Source: Clostridia bacterium (GTDB lineage Bacteria > Bacillota > Clostridia > Oscillospirales > CAG-272). From it: DNA of 64,000 nt. The stretch spans positions 66,803 to 130,802 of the forward strand of contig JAGASL010000044.1 in the NCBI GenBank assembly GCA_017621755.1. Reading direction: 5' to 3'. Shown here one piece after another: positions 45,058 to 55,142 of this stretch (position 1 is its first letter; each line of letters starts with the position of its first letter). A program made the translations under genes and the position numbers. The notes beneath the pieces are model-generated. The model was given only the letters and a program-made list of their open reading frames with translations. It was not told the DNA's origin and did no database searches.

Positions 45058-46887
45058 GTGAAAAGAGAAGACCTGAGAAATATTGCTATTATCGCCCACG
45101 TTGACCACGGAAAGACGACCCTGGTAGACGGCATGCTGAAGCAGGGCGGTGCTTATCATGAAAACCAGGCGGCAGAGGACCGCGTAATGGACTCAAACGC
45201 CTTAGAGCGTGAGCGCGGCATTACCATTCTTGCCAAGAACACCGCCATTCATTACAAGGATGTAAAGATCAACGTGATCGACACCCCCGGCCACGCCGAT
45301 TTCAGCGGTGAGGTAGAGCGTATTCTGAAAATGGTGAACGGCGTTATCCTGCTGGTAGACGCGGCCGAGGGACCCATGCCGCAGACCCGCTTCGTGCTGC
45401 AGCGCGCGATGGAGCTCAATCACCGCATTATCGTGGTGGTGAACAAGATCGACCGCCCAGATGCCCGCATTGAGGAGGTTGAGGAGGAGGTCTTAGAGCT
45501 TCTGATCGACCTGGGCGCCACCGATGAGCAGCTGGATTCGCCCATGCTCTTCTGCTGTGGCCGTGCCGGCACCGCCTCGCTTTCCCCGTATGAGGAGGGC
45601 AAGGATCTTTGCCCGCTGCTGGATACCATTTTGGAATATATCCCCGCCCCGGAGGGCGAGAGCGAGGAGCCGCTGCAGCTGCTGGTCTCCTCGATCGACT
45701 ATAACGAGTACGTTGGTCGCATTGGCATTGGCCGTGTAGAGCGCGGTACCATTCGCCAAAACCAAGACGTGATGATCGCTAATTATCACGATGCCGAGGG
45801 GGCGCCCCGCCGTACCCGCATCGTTTCTTTGCAGCAATTTGATGGACTTGGCCGCCGTGCCGTAGAAACGGCTACGGTAGGCGATATCGTATGCTTCTCC
45901 GGCGCAACCGACATTACCATTGGCGATACGCTGACGGCGGTCGATTGCGTAGAGCCGCTGCCCTTTGTAAAGGTATCGGAGCCGACGATGGAAATGACCT
46001 TCTCGGTCAACGATAGCCCCTTTGCGGGTAAGGAGGGTAAGTTCGTTACCTCCCGCCAGATCCGTGACCGTCTGTATAAGGAAACGCTGAAGGACGTTTC
46101 GCTCCGCGTTTCTGATGGTGACACCACCGATTGCTTCCGCGTGGCCGGGCGCGGTGAGATGCACCTCTCTATCCTGATCGAAAATATGCGCCGTGAGGGC
46201 TATGAGATCTGCTGCTCGATGCCGCACGTGCTGTTTAAGAAGATCGATGGCAAGCTGCACGAGCCGATGGAGCGTGTCTCGATCGACGTGCCGGACGAGG
46301 CTGTTGGCGCCGTGGTGCAGAAGCTGGGCGCCCGCAAGGGCGAGCTGCTGGAGATGGGCAAGGCCGGCTCGCGCACCAAGATCGAATATGTGATCCCAAC
46401 CCGTTGCCTGTTTGGCTACCGCAGCGAGTTTATGACCGACACCAAGGGCGAGGGCGTGATGAACACGCTCTTTGACGGCTACCAGCCCTTCAAGGGTGAG
46501 GTGACCACCCGGTATACCGGCTCGCTGATCGCCTCTGAGGCGGGCGAGGCCACCTCCTTTGGCCTGTTTAACGCGCAGGATCGCGGCAGCATGTTTATCG
46601 GCGTGCAGACCCCGGTCTACGAGGGTATGATCGTTGGTGAATGCCCGAAGCAGGAGGATATTTCGGTAAACGTGTGCAAAAAGAAGCACCTGACCGCCAT
46701 TCGCTCCAAGGGCGCAGACGAGGCGCTGATCCTGACGCCGCCTATCGTCTTTTCGCTTGAGGAGGCGATCGACTACATCGCTGAGGACGAGCTGATCGAG
46801 GTGACACCCAAGTCGATCCGCCTGCGGAAAAAGATCTTAGATACCGCAACCCGCCTGAAGGCGCAGGCAGCCGCCCGCCGCGGTTAA
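45058..46887 (+). CDS. typA: translational GTPase TypA/BipA
   Basis: [27 protein letters not shown] and NKID. GTG 45058 (GGAAGGA RBS) gives the usual N-terminal length. The ORF-track start at 45028 is also possible. Confidence 0.92.
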   Translation: MKREDLRNIAIIAHVDHGKTTLVDGMLKQGGAYHENQAAEDRVMDSNALERERGITILAKNTAIHYKDVKINVIDTPGHADFSGEVERILKMVNGVILLVDAAEGPMPQTRFVLQRAMELNHRIIVVVNKIDRPDARIEEVEEEVLELLIDLGATDEQLDSPMLFCCGRAGTASLSPYEEGKDLCPLLDTILEYIPAPEGESEEPLQLLVSSIDYNEYVGRIGIGRVERGTIRQNQDVMIANYHDAEGAPRRTRIVSLQQFDGLGRRAVETATVGDIVCFSGATDITIGDTLTAVDCVEPLPFVKVSEPTMEMTFSVNDSPFAGKEGKFVTSRQIRDRLYKETLKDVSLRVSDGDTTDCFRVAGRGEMHLSILIENMRREGYEICCSMPHVLFKKIDGKLHEPMERVSIDVPDEAVGAVVQKLGARKGELLEMGKAGSRTKIEYVIPTRCLFGYRSEFMTDTKGEGVMNTLFDGYQPFKGEVTTRYTGSLIASEAGEATSFGLFNAQDRGSMFIGVQTPVYEGMIVGECPKQEDISVNVCKKKHLTAIRSKGADEALILTPPIVFSLEEAIDYIAEDELIEVTPKSIRLRKKILDTATRLKAQAAARRG

Positions 46888-46916
46888 ACGGCAAGAAAGC
46901 AAGAAAGGAAGCAAAC

Positions 46917-47651
46917 ATGAAAACGAAGGGAAGACAGTTGACCACCGCAGACCTGTTTCGCGTGCTGCGCCGTGCGCTTTTGCTGGTCATTGCCTGCGCG
47001 CTGCTTGGCGGCGCTGCTGGCTATTATCTCTCCTCTCGCCGGGCAGAGGTGACCTATACAGCCTCCTCCAGCGTGTACGTGCAGGCTTCGACCGTAGATA
47101 TGGAGGTCGGGCAGACCTCAAATGAGATCGCGCTTGGCCGTGCCTTGGCCCTTTCCTGCCGCGATGCGATCAAAAACGATACTCTTTATAACAACGTGAA
47201 GGAATATTTTGCCAAGCGTGCCGATGATGGCTGGCCGGATATTTCTAAGGTGAATAATGATTCCTTCGGCACCATGATCAGCGCCGCGGTAGAGACCAAC
47301 TCGCAAGAGGTGACGATCACCGTGGTGGCCAAGGATGGCAAGCTGGCCATTCATCTGGCCAACGCGATCGCCGATGAATTAGAATCCTCGGTGGTCGATA
47401 TTATCGGTGCCTGCCGGGTAGAGCCGAAGAAGTGGGCCTATACGGCCACCCCCACCTCTACCTTTTCGCTTACGCTGGTCTTTGCCGGCGCGCTGTTTGG
47501 CGCCTTTGCCGCCTATGCGCTGATGCTGCTGCTATACGTGTTTGACCCCCGCGTGCGGGATACGAAGGAGCTTTTAGAGCAGTATGGCGAGGTCTTGCCC
47601 CTGCTTGGCGAGACCGCTTCTTTTGAAAAGAAAGGGGGGCACCGCGCATGA
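46917..47651 (+). CDS. Wzz/CpsC-type polysaccharide co-polymerase-like protein
   Basis: N-terminal TM after LFRVLRRALLLV, a periplasmic-type domain and a second TM near the C-terminus. Confidence 0.7.
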   Translation: MKTKGRQLTTADLFRVLRRALLLVIACALLGGAAGYYLSSRRAEVTYTASSSVYVQASTVDMEVGQTSNEIALGRALALSCRDAIKNDTLYNNVKEYFAKRADDGWPDISKVNNDSFGTMISAAVETNSQEVTITVVAKDGKLAIHLANAIADELESSVVDIIGACRVEPKKWAYTATPTSTFSLTLVFAGALFGAFAAYALMLLLYVFDPRVRDTKELLEQYGEVLPLLGETASFEKKGGHRA

Positions 47652-48304
47652 ATATGACCAATCATCATGCAGCCGCACCTTGTCTATTAACGAACGCAGC
47701 CACCCCCGCGATGCAAGAGTCCTATAACCGCATTCGTGTTAATCTGCTGGCCCGTGCCGGGCTGGGTAGCGAGCGCGGAACCGGCACCGCCTGCCCGGTG
47801 ATCGGCGTTACCTCGGTGGTGCGCCACCGCAGCCGCCGGTATCTGGTAGCCAATCTGGCCATCTCGTTTGCGCGGCTTGGCATGCGCGTGCTGCTGGTGG
47901 ATGCCGATTACCGCAGCGAGGGGCTTGCCCCCCTGCTGGAGGTAGCAGAGGGCGGTGGTATCGCCGCGCGTGCCGCCGGCCGCGAGGGCGCGCCCGTACA
48001 GGCGCTGCTGCCTACGCTGCACGTGCTTGGCCGCGGCCTTTTAGAGGGCAACCCTGCCGATTTTGTTGGCAGCGCCGCCTTCTTTGCCGCCATAGAGGGC
48101 TTGCGTGGCGGCTACGATGCCATTTTTGTTTCGCTGCCGCCGGTTACCACCTATGCCGATGCGGCTACCGCTGCGCCGGCGCTCAGCGGTATGGTGCTGG
48201 GGGTCACCCCGGGGCATGACCGCCGCCAGAGCGTGACCGAGGCCGTGAACACCCTGCAAGGCGTTGGTGTGCCGCTGTACGGCATGGTTGCATGTGAAGA
48301 ATAA
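47648..48304 (+). CDS. degenerate CpsD/CapB (BY-kinase)-like protein lacking Walker A, Walker B Asp and the Tyr cluster
   Basis: Collinear with the intact kinase at 62582-63316 and retains Walker A' (VLLVDADYRS). It has TSVVRHRSRRY instead of SCDPAEGKST, and AIFVSLPPV instead of YVLIDNPPV. There is no C-terminal Y-rich tail. Confidence 0.6.
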   Translation: MNMTNHHAAAPCLLTNAATPAMQESYNRIRVNLLARAGLGSERGTGTACPVIGVTSVVRHRSRRYLVANLAISFARLGMRVLLVDADYRSEGLAPLLEVAEGGGIAARAAGREGAPVQALLPTLHVLGRGLLEGNPADFVGSAAFFAAIEGLRGGYDAIFVSLPPVTTYADAATAAPALSGMVLGVTPGHDRRQSVTEAVNTLQGVGVPLYGMVACEE

Positions 48305-48305
48305 C

Positions 48306-48341
48306 AAAAGAACCGCAGATCATTGATCTGCGGTTCTTTTT
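48306..48341. terminator. bidirectional terminator
   Basis: 16-bp stem AAAAGAACCGCAGATC / GATCTGCGGTTCTTTT between convergent genes. Confidence 0.85.
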
Positions 48342-48342
48342 G

Positions 48343-49299
48343 TCACATTTCCCAGCTGCCAAGCCAATCGGAAAATTCGGTATAGATGGCCTCTCTCTCG
48401 GCGGCAAGAGAGTCGCCGTTTGTCAGCGTGTACACGTAATCCGATCGCTCAAACATCTCTAAATATTTGTATTCGTAGGTGTATCTGCCATTCTCTAACT
48501 CGTCAATCGCTCGTTTGGCCAGTGCCTCGGCACGGCGCACGTTGGCCACCAGATCGGCAAAGGCTGTTTTGTCTACCGCCTCGATCTTGGCTACGATACC
48601 GTCAAAATAACCGGCGCGGTAGCCGTAATTCCATTGCTCGCCATCGGTGTACAGATAATACTTAGCATCCTCAGGGAAGAGATAGAAGCCGGGCACCGTT
48701 TCACCGTTTTCTTCCGTGTAGGAATCGACGTAGTAGGTGTTCCAGGTACAGACGAAGTGTAGATAGTTGTACATGCTGTACATGTCGTTCACCACGTCTG
48801 CCTTGGCGATCTTTTGCCATAGAGCCATCTTGTCCGAAAGCTCCTCGGCACGGATAACGGTGTAGGTGGCATCTACGAGCTTGCAGGTGAATTCGTAGCC
48901 GTACATATCGGTAAACGGCTCGTCCTCACTGTCGGCAACGACCAGGGTGCCTACCACCGTAATGGCCTGGTTGGTGTAGGCAAAGCTATCGCCCTTTTTG
49001 GGGTACACCTCCATGGTGTTAGAAAGCTGGCTGGTGTTTGGCACGCAGAATGGGCAGCTTTGGTAGGGCAGGTTCATTAAAAACATAAACGAGCCGTCTA
49101 CGGGTGAAGAGGTTGCCATGTAGCCGCTGATGGTAACGGGCTGGCCGTTCAGTGTTTTCAGATAATCATAGCTGGCGGCCGACTTGAAGCTAAGCTTGGT
49201 CGCGTTTGCCGCATCTGTGCCTCCTGCATTACAGCCGGCAAGGGAAAAGAGAAGCAGGCAGCCAAGCAGCGCGGCTAAAAAGCGCTTTCCGTTATTCAT
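48343..49299 (-). CDS. lipoprotein, last gene of the MacB-type ABC operon (possible DUF3299-like N-terminal domain)
   Basis: Lipobox LAGC. Contains GYMATSSPVDGSFMFLMNLPYQSCPFCVP. 8-nt overlap with the permease gene. Confidence 0.6.
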   Translation of the reverse strand: MNNGKRFLAALLGCLLLFSLAGCNAGGTDAANATKLSFKSAASYDYLKTLNGQPVTISGYMATSSPVDGSFMFLMNLPYQSCPFCVPNTSQLSNTMEVYPKKGDSFAYTNQAITVVGTLVVADSEDEPFTDMYGYEFTCKLVDATYTVIRAEELSDKMALWQKIAKADVVNDMYSMYNYLHFVCTWNTYYVDSYTEENGETVPGFYLFPEDAKYYLYTDGEQWNYGYRAGYFDGIVAKIEAVDKTAFADLVANVRRAEALAKRAIDELENGRYTYEYKYLEMFERSDYVYTLTNGDSLAAEREAIYTEFSDWLGSWEM

Positions 49300-50494
49300 G
49301 AATGCTGTCCTTTCTTGCCATAAAATAGGTCCAGATCATCGTGGGCAGCACGCTGATGAGGAATACGCCCAGTAGGATCAGCAGCTCTGCCGGGTAGACC
49401 TTGCTCATATTCAGCACCACGCCCATCGAGGAAACGTAATCGTTCATCAGCAGCAGGCAGGCGCGCGAAACGCAAAAGGCCAGCAGGGTAGAGAGCAGAC
49501 CGATCATGCCGTTTTGCAGAATGTAGAGCAGGTTGATCCGCTTCATGCTGATGCCGATCAGCCGCATCAGCGAGATCTCCTTGGCGGAATGATACATATT
49601 TAGCAGCGTGATGATGGAAATGATCATGATGTTCATTACTAAGATCACGGCGCAAAGCACGAATACGATGTATTTGGTGTTGTCGGCATCGTTCAGCACG
49701 TCACGCACCACGGCCATCGGCTCAATGGCCTGCAGGGTGTGGCTCTTTCCCTCCTCGGTGATGATCTTGCCGTGGTATTCGTTTACCAGCTGCATGGCAA
49801 GACCGGGGTTTTTCGCATTGACCAGCACCGCGCAAACGGTTTTGTGTGCGTGGTCGTGCTCCTCCTCATGCTCCTCGCCACCGTGGTCATGCATCTCCCA
49901 CAGAGTGTGTAGCTGGGTGAATACGATATTATCGAACGAGGAATGGCTTTCCTGTAGAATACCCACCACCGTCAGTCCCTGGGTGTGGGTCTCGCTGCTG
50001 CCGGCTGAATGGCTGGTGTAGATCACGTCTCCCACCTGCAGGCCGTTATATTTGGCCACGTTGGCACCAACAACGGCTTGCATGCTCTCGCCATCGGCAA
50101 GCATCACACCGGCCGCGACCGCCTTGGTACTTAAAAAGTCGGCTGTGGTGCCCACTACGCCGTAGCCGTTATAGTTATCGGCCATGGCAAAGGGGATCAC
50201 CTGGATCACACGCTGGTCACGCTGTAGATCGCTTACCACCTCGTAAGGGATGGTGCCAACCGGCTCCTCGGCAAAATACATGGTGTTCATAGCCAGCTGC
50301 GTGCTGCTGCCGGCCGGCCCCACGATCAAGGAATAGTAGCCGGCGTTATCGGTAATGCCATCATCTACCTGCTGTGCCACGTTAAAGGCCAGCACGCCAA
50401 TACCGGCTGAGATCACGATTGAGAGCACGATCAGAATGATCTGTACCCGCTTGATCGCCATGTTTTTCAAAGCAAACATCAACATATCAAACAC
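49292..50494 (-). CDS. FtsX/MacB-type ABC transporter permease with a His/Glu-rich extracytoplasmic insert
   Basis: TM1, a ~250-aa extracytoplasmic domain, then 3 TM helices (FtsX fold). [16 protein letters not shown] is encoded at 49844-49891. Confidence 0.8.
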   Translation of the reverse strand: MFDMLMFALKNMAIKRVQIILIVLSIVISAGIGVLAFNVAQQVDDGITDNAGYYSLIVGPAGSSTQLAMNTMYFAEEPVGTIPYEVVSDLQRDQRVIQVIPFAMADNYNGYGVVGTTADFLSTKAVAAGVMLADGESMQAVVGANVAKYNGLQVGDVIYTSHSAGSSETHTQGLTVVGILQESHSSFDNIVFTQLHTLWEMHDHGGEEHEEEHDHAHKTVCAVLVNAKNPGLAMQLVNEYHGKIITEEGKSHTLQAIEPMAVVRDVLNDADNTKYIVFVLCAVILVMNIMIISIITLLNMYHSAKEISLMRLIGISMKRINLLYILQNGMIGLLSTLLAFCVSRACLLLMNDYVSSMGVVLNMSKVYPAELLILLGVFLISVLPTMIWTYFMARKDSIHE

Positions 50495-51149
50495 CCCCCT
50501 GCTCGGAAACGGTGTCGCGCATGCCGCTCGTCATCTCGTTCATATCTATGATCACGTCAAAATACTTCGCCAGGCGATCGTCGTGGGTCACCGCGATCAG
50601 CGTTTTGCCGCGCGAGACCTCGCACAGCTCGCGCATTACCTGCTCGCCAATGGCAAAATTCAGGTTGCCTGTCGGCTCGTCTGCCAGAATGATATCCGGC
50701 CGCTTGACCAGGGCGCGGGCTATGGCCACGCGCTGCTTCTGGCCGCCGGAAAGATGCTTGACCCTGGCATTTTTCTTTTCGTAGATAGCTAAGTGCTTCA
50801 GCATCTCGTCCATGCCGGAAATATCTACCCCCTCCAGGCGTAGAATGCCAATGTTGTCAGCCACGGTCATGTCGTTGATCAGCTTAAAATCCTGAAAGAT
50901 ATAGCCGATTCGTTCAATTCTGAATCGATCTCTTTCCTTTTGTGTGGCGGCGCTCATGTCGCGGCCGTCAATGGTAATGCTGCCCTTGGTGGGCGAAAGA
51001 ATACCGGCGATCATATTCAACAGGGTAGATTTGCCACAGCCCGATGCACCTAGTAGCATATAGGAACGGCCGCTCTCGAAGGTCATATCGCGGTAATCGA
51101 TCTCAGTCTCGTTTTGAAATTGCTTGGAGATTCCTTTGATTTCTATCAT
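50487..51149 (-). CDS. ABC transporter ATP-binding protein (MacB/LolD type)
   Basis: [17 protein letters not shown] and [11 protein letters not shown]. Confidence 0.9.
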   Translation of the reverse strand: MIEIKGISKQFQNETEIDYRDMTFESGRSYMLLGASGCGKSTLLNMIAGILSPTKGSITIDGRDMSAATQKERDRFRIERIGYIFQDFKLINDMTVADNIGILRLEGVDISGMDEMLKHLAIYEKKNARVKHLSGGQKQRVAIARALVKRPDIILADEPTGNLNFAIGEQVMRELCEVSRGKTLIAVTHDDRLAKYFDVIIDMNEMTSGMRDTVSEQGGV

Positions 51150-51223
51150 TTTCTATTTCCTTTCTGAAAAAATGGCGCAACAAAAGACGGGCGGCGTTAC
51201 CGACCGTCCTTGTAGAGAGCAAT

Positions 51224-51538
51224 TTAATCAGAAAGCTTGACCTTTAGGGTGACTGGGGTATCAAACAGCCTTCCCCTGGCGCGGGTGCGTACAAAGGCGC
51301 GTACGGCCGCGTGACCAAGCGAAAGAGCAAGCAGACAGAAAACCAGCGCGCAAAGAAGAATAACAAGCTCAAAGACATGGCAGATCGCACAGCATTCATC
51401 TGCAGGGTCGTGCCCTGCGTGGGCAGGGGAGTGTCCATGCGAAAGGGCGTGCCCATGTGATAGCGGATGCACGAAGGAAAAGAGAAACAGCGCAAGCAGC
51501 AGCAGCGCGCAGACGCGGCGAAGCAATGAATGACGCAT
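51224..51538 (-). CDS. small His/Cys-rich two-TM membrane protein
   Basis: MRHSLLRRVCALLLLALFLF-HPLSHGHALSHGHSPAHAGHDPADECCAICH-TM. GAAGGGAGAA RBS-like tract upstream of ATG 51538. The ORF-track start at 51664 overlaps the promoter. Confidence 0.5.
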   Translation of the reverse strand: MRHSLLRRVCALLLLALFLFSFVHPLSHGHALSHGHSPAHAGHDPADECCAICHVFELVILLCALVFCLLALSLGHAAVRAFVRTRARGRLFDTPVTLKVKLSD

Positions 51539-51568
51539 ATCTATTCTCCCTTCTTTTTCGATGTGACT

Positions 51569-51597
51569 ATTATAACACAATGCCGCTAAAAAGTCAA
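51569..51597 (-). promoter_or_regulatory. near-consensus sigma-A promoter of the His-rich/ABC operon
   Basis: Minus strand: TTGACT, 17-nt spacer, TATAAT. Confidence 0.7.
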
Positions 51598-51713
51598 TGC
51601 CGGAAAAAGGGAGTGGTGTGAAGCAGGGCTGGCAGCTGTGTGATTTTTTGGTGAAGATGGGCAAAAATTTACCGCCTATTCACCGAATTTTTATATCGTA
51701 TCCGGGAAAATGC

Positions 51714-51742
51714 TTGATTTTATGCCTGCTTTGGTGTACAAT
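51714..51742 (+). promoter_or_regulatory. sigma-A type promoter of the DUF5685 gene cluster
   Basis: TTGATT, 17-nt spacer, TACAAT. Confidence 0.6.
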
Positions 51743-51770
51743 AACATATATTACAAAAGGGGGGTAGGCT

Positions 51771-52634
51771 ATGTTTGGCTATGTGAAGCCCGTGGTGGCA
51801 GAGCTGCTGGTCAAGGAGCATGAGCTGTATCGCGCGCTCTACTGCGGTATTTGCCGTGCCATGCAACGGCACACCGGCCGCCTGTCTGCCCTGGCGCTTT
51901 CTTACGATTCTGTATTTTACGCCCTGGTACGCATGATGCTAACGGGGGATGCCTGCACTGCCCGCCGCTTTCACTGCGCCGTACACCCCTGTCGCTGCCG
52001 CCAATGCGTAGAGGAAACGCCCACCCTGGCCTTTACCGCCCGCGCCTTCGCCCTGCTGGCCTATGGCCGCGTGTGTGACGAGCAGGCAGACCGCCGCGGC
52101 CTTGTTCGGCTGCCGCTCTTTTTTGCCGCTCGCGTTTTGCGCCGTGCCGCCCGCCGCGCCAAGCTGCCGGTGCTGCAGGCGGAAATGGAGGAGGAGCTTG
52201 CTGCGCTTTCCGTCTTAGAGAAGGCCTGCTGCCCCTCGCTTGATCGCGTGGCCGATTGCTCAGGCCGCCTGCTTGCCGCATTCTTTCGTGCCGGCCTTGC
52301 GGGGGATGAAAGAGAAACGGCAGAGGCGATCGGCTTTCACCTTGGCCGCTTTGTGGCCATAGCCGACGCGGCTGAGGATTATGAAAAGGATAAACGGGCA
52401 GGGAATTACAATCCCTACCTATACATAGGTGACGGCAGCTTTGATGAAGAAGCGCGCCGCGCCGCCTACGAGGCCCTGTGCGGTGAGCTGCTTGCTATGG
52501 AAAATGATATCCTGCGGCTGCCGCACGAGCGCTACCCAAGCGCGGGCAATCTTATTAAAAATATACTCTACCTCGGCCTGCGTGAGCGTATTGCCTTTCT
52601 TGCGCCGGGGGGAAAGGGAGAGACGCCCCTATGA
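51771..52634 (+). CDS. DUF5685-like protein
   Basis: N-terminus MFGYVKP....L...E...[12 protein letters not shown] as I remember for DUF5685. Function unknown. Confidence 0.55.
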   Translation: MFGYVKPVVAELLVKEHELYRALYCGICRAMQRHTGRLSALALSYDSVFYALVRMMLTGDACTARRFHCAVHPCRCRQCVEETPTLAFTARAFALLAYGRVCDEQADRRGLVRLPLFFAARVLRRAARRAKLPVLQAEMEEELAALSVLEKACCPSLDRVADCSGRLLAAFFRAGLAGDERETAEAIGFHLGRFVAIADAAEDYEKDKRAGNYNPYLYIGDGSFDEEARRAAYEALCGELLAMENDILRLPHERYPSAGNLIKNILYLGLRERIAFLAPGGKGETPL

Positions 52635-53257
52635 TCAGAGACCCGTATGCCGTGCTGGGCATCTCGCCCGGCGCCAGCGAAGAGGAGATCAAGGCTGCCT
52701 ACCGCCGCCTGGCGCGGCGCTACCACCCGGATCACTTTGCAAGCGATCCGGCCGCGGCCCGCGAGGCAGAAGAAAAAATGAAGGAGATCAACGAGGCCTA
52801 CGATCTGTTAACAAAAAGAGCCTCTGCCGGCGCCGGCACGGGCCATACCGGCAATGCCACGTTTGCCGAGATACGCACGCGTATCAACCAAGGCATGTTT
52901 GCCGAGGCCGAGCTGCAGCTTGACCGTATGCCCGCCACGAGCCGCACGGCAGAATGGCATTACCTGAAATCGATCGTCCTGCTGCGGCGCGGCTGGCAGA
53001 ATGATGCAATGCGCGAGATCGAGATCGCCTGCACGATGGAGCCGGGCAATGCCGAATATGCCCGCGCAAGAGATCTGTACCGCAACCGCTTTGCCGGCTT
53101 TGGCGGTGGTTATCAGGCTGGGCGCGAGCGCCGCTACGACCGGCGTGAGGAGACCGTGCATACTGGCAGCTGCTCAAGCTGCGATATTTGCACCGGCCTT
53201 ATTTGTGCCGATTGCTGCTGCGAGAGCTTCGGCTTTGACCTGATTCGCTGCTTATGA
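52631..53257 (+). CDS. J-domain protein with TPR-like middle and Cys-rich C-terminal tail
   Basis: DPYAVLGI...[11 protein letters not shown] (HPD motif). C-terminal [32 protein letters not shown] overlap with the upstream gene. Confidence 0.8.
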   Translation: MIRDPYAVLGISPGASEEEIKAAYRRLARRYHPDHFASDPAAAREAEEKMKEINEAYDLLTKRASAGAGTGHTGNATFAEIRTRINQGMFAEAELQLDRMPATSRTAEWHYLKSIVLLRRGWQNDAMREIEIACTMEPGNAEYARARDLYRNRFAGFGGGYQAGRERRYDRREETVHTGSCSSCDICTGLICADCCCESFGFDLIRCL

Positions 53258-53790
53258 TGAAAAAGAAAGAAAACGCAAGGCAGATGGCGCTTTTTCGCCT
53301 CACGCTTTCGGCCATGCTGACCGCCCTTTCCGTGGTGGTGCTGTACCTTGGCACGCTTCTTGACGTGCTGTCGCTCACGGCGGTGGCGATCGCCTCGCTG
53401 TTTTTGCTGTTTGCCGTGCGAGAATTTCCCGTCACGTATCGTCTGTTTATTTATTTCGGTACGGGCATATTGGCCGTGCTGCTGCTACCAAGCCTTGAAA
53501 CGGCTGTGCTGTATGCGCTGCTTGGGCTGTATCCCCTATTCAAATTCCCTTTAGAGCGCATCCGCCGCCCACTGCCCTTTGTGCTGAAGCTGCTGTATGT
53601 GAACACGGTGATCACGCTTTCCGAGCTGTGCACGGTCTTTCTCTTTCACCTGCCGGCCGAGGCCTGGTACATGCTGCTTGCCCTGTATTTGATCGCCAAC
53701 CCCGCCTTTTTTCTGTATGACCGCGTGCTGGACCGCATGCTGATCGTTTACGAGGCGCGCCTGCGGCCGCGCCTATCACGTTATCTTTGA
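53254..53790 (+). CDS. hypothetical polytopic membrane protein
   Basis: 5-6 TM helices. ATGA overlap with the J-domain gene. Confidence 0.5.
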   Translation: MMKKKENARQMALFRLTLSAMLTALSVVVLYLGTLLDVLSLTAVAIASLFLLFAVREFPVTYRLFIYFGTGILAVLLLPSLETAVLYALLGLYPLFKFPLERIRRPLPFVLKLLYVNTVITLSELCTVFLFHLPAEAWYMLLALYLIANPAFFLYDRVLDRMLIVYEARLRPRLSRYL

Positions 53791-53802
53791 AGGATGTACC
53801 GT

Positions 53803-55131
53803 ATGAAAAAAATTGGATTTGTTTCTCTTGGATGCTCTAAAAACCTGGTGGATACCGAGGTCATGCTGCACAACCTGCACCGCGCCGGCTACGAGATCAC
53901 GCCGGACGAGACCGAGGCAGATATTATCGTGATCAACACCTGCGGCTTTATTGAAAGCGCGAAGCAGGAATCGATCGACAGTATTTTGGATATCGCGTGG
54001 CTGAAGGAAAACCGCTCGCTGAAGGGCATGATTGCCACCGGCTGCCTGGTAGAGCGCTACCGCGAGCAGATCTTAGAGGAGATGCCAGAGGTAGATGCCC
54101 TGGTTGGCGTTGGCAGTCTTTCCCGCATTGCCGAGGCGGTTGCCGCCATCGAGCGTGGCGAGCACGGCTTTTGCGCCTTTGATGATAAAGAGACCTCGCC
54201 GCTGGGCGGCGAGCGCATTCTCACCACCCCCTCCTATACCGCCTATCTGAAGGTGGCAGAGGGGTGTGATAACCGCTGCACCTACTGCGCTATTCCTTTG
54301 ATCCGCGGTCGCTTCCGCTCCCGCCCTATTGAGGATCTCGTGGCTGAGGCCAAGGATCTTGAGGCGCTTGGCGTGAAGGAGCTGAACATTATCGCGCAGG
54401 ATACCTCGCGCTACGGGCTTGATCTTTACGGTGAATATCGCCTGGCAGAGCTGGTGCGCCGCCTGACGCAGGAAACAAGCATCCCGTGGCTGCGCCTTTT
54501 GTACTGCTACCCGGATAAGATCACCGACGAGCTGATCGACGAGCTGGCAAGCAATGACCGCCTCCTTAAATACATGGATATTCCCATGCAGCACATCTCT
54601 GACCCGATCCTGGCCGCGATGAATCGCCATGGTGACAGCGCCCTGATCAAGGATACCGTTCGTCGCCTGCGCGAGCGGGTGCCCGGCATTACGCTGCGCA
54701 CTACTGCCATCGTCGGCTTCCCCGGCGAGAGCGAGGCGGATTTTGAGCAGCTTTGCGCCTACGTAAAGGAGGCACGCTTTGAGCGCTTTGGCGCCTTTAC
54801 CTACTCGGCCGAGGAGGATACCCCCGCCGCCGAGCTGCCCGATCAGATAGACGAGCAGGTCAAGCAGGATCGTTATGATATTCTTATGTCCACCCAGTTG
54901 CCGATCAGCGAAGAAAACAACCAAAAAAAGGTTGGCAGCACCATCACCGTGCTGTGCGAGGGCTATGACCCCGTGGCCGGCACGCACTTTGGCCGCAGCG
55001 AGGCAGATGCGCCGGATATCGACGGCAAGATCTACTTCCACGCCGAAAAAAAGATTTCCGCCGGTGAGTTTGTTCGCGTGCAGATCACCGAAGCGATGGA
55101 TTACGACCTCGTTGGTGAGGCCATTTTGTAA
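53803..55131 (+). CDS. rimO: ribosomal protein S12 methylthiotransferase
   Basis: UPF0004 N-domain (GCSKN), radical-SAM CDNRCTYCAIP and a C-terminal TRAM domain. Confidence 0.9.
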   Translation: MKKIGFVSLGCSKNLVDTEVMLHNLHRAGYEITPDETEADIIVINTCGFIESAKQESIDSILDIAWLKENRSLKGMIATGCLVERYREQILEEMPEVDALVGVGSLSRIAEAVAAIERGEHGFCAFDDKETSPLGGERILTTPSYTAYLKVAEGCDNRCTYCAIPLIRGRFRSRPIEDLVAEAKDLEALGVKELNIIAQDTSRYGLDLYGEYRLAELVRRLTQETSIPWLRLLYCYPDKITDELIDELASNDRLLKYMDIPMQHISDPILAAMNRHGDSALIKDTVRRLRERVPGITLRTTAIVGFPGESEADFEQLCAYVKEARFERFGAFTYSAEEDTPAAELPDQIDEQVKQDRYDILMSTQLPISEENNQKKVGSTITVLCEGYDPVAGTHFGRSEADAPDIDGKIYFHAEKKISAGEFVRVQITEAMDYDLVGEAIL

Positions 55132-55142
55132 AGGAGACCGTC

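Noticed and set aside
51539-51620. Zur/Fur-type palindromic box at the promoter of the His-rich/ABC operon
   Set aside because: I found no AT-rich 7-1-7 or 9-1-9 palindrome overlapping the -10/-35. Metal regulation is therefore unsupported by sequence and remains a hypothesis.
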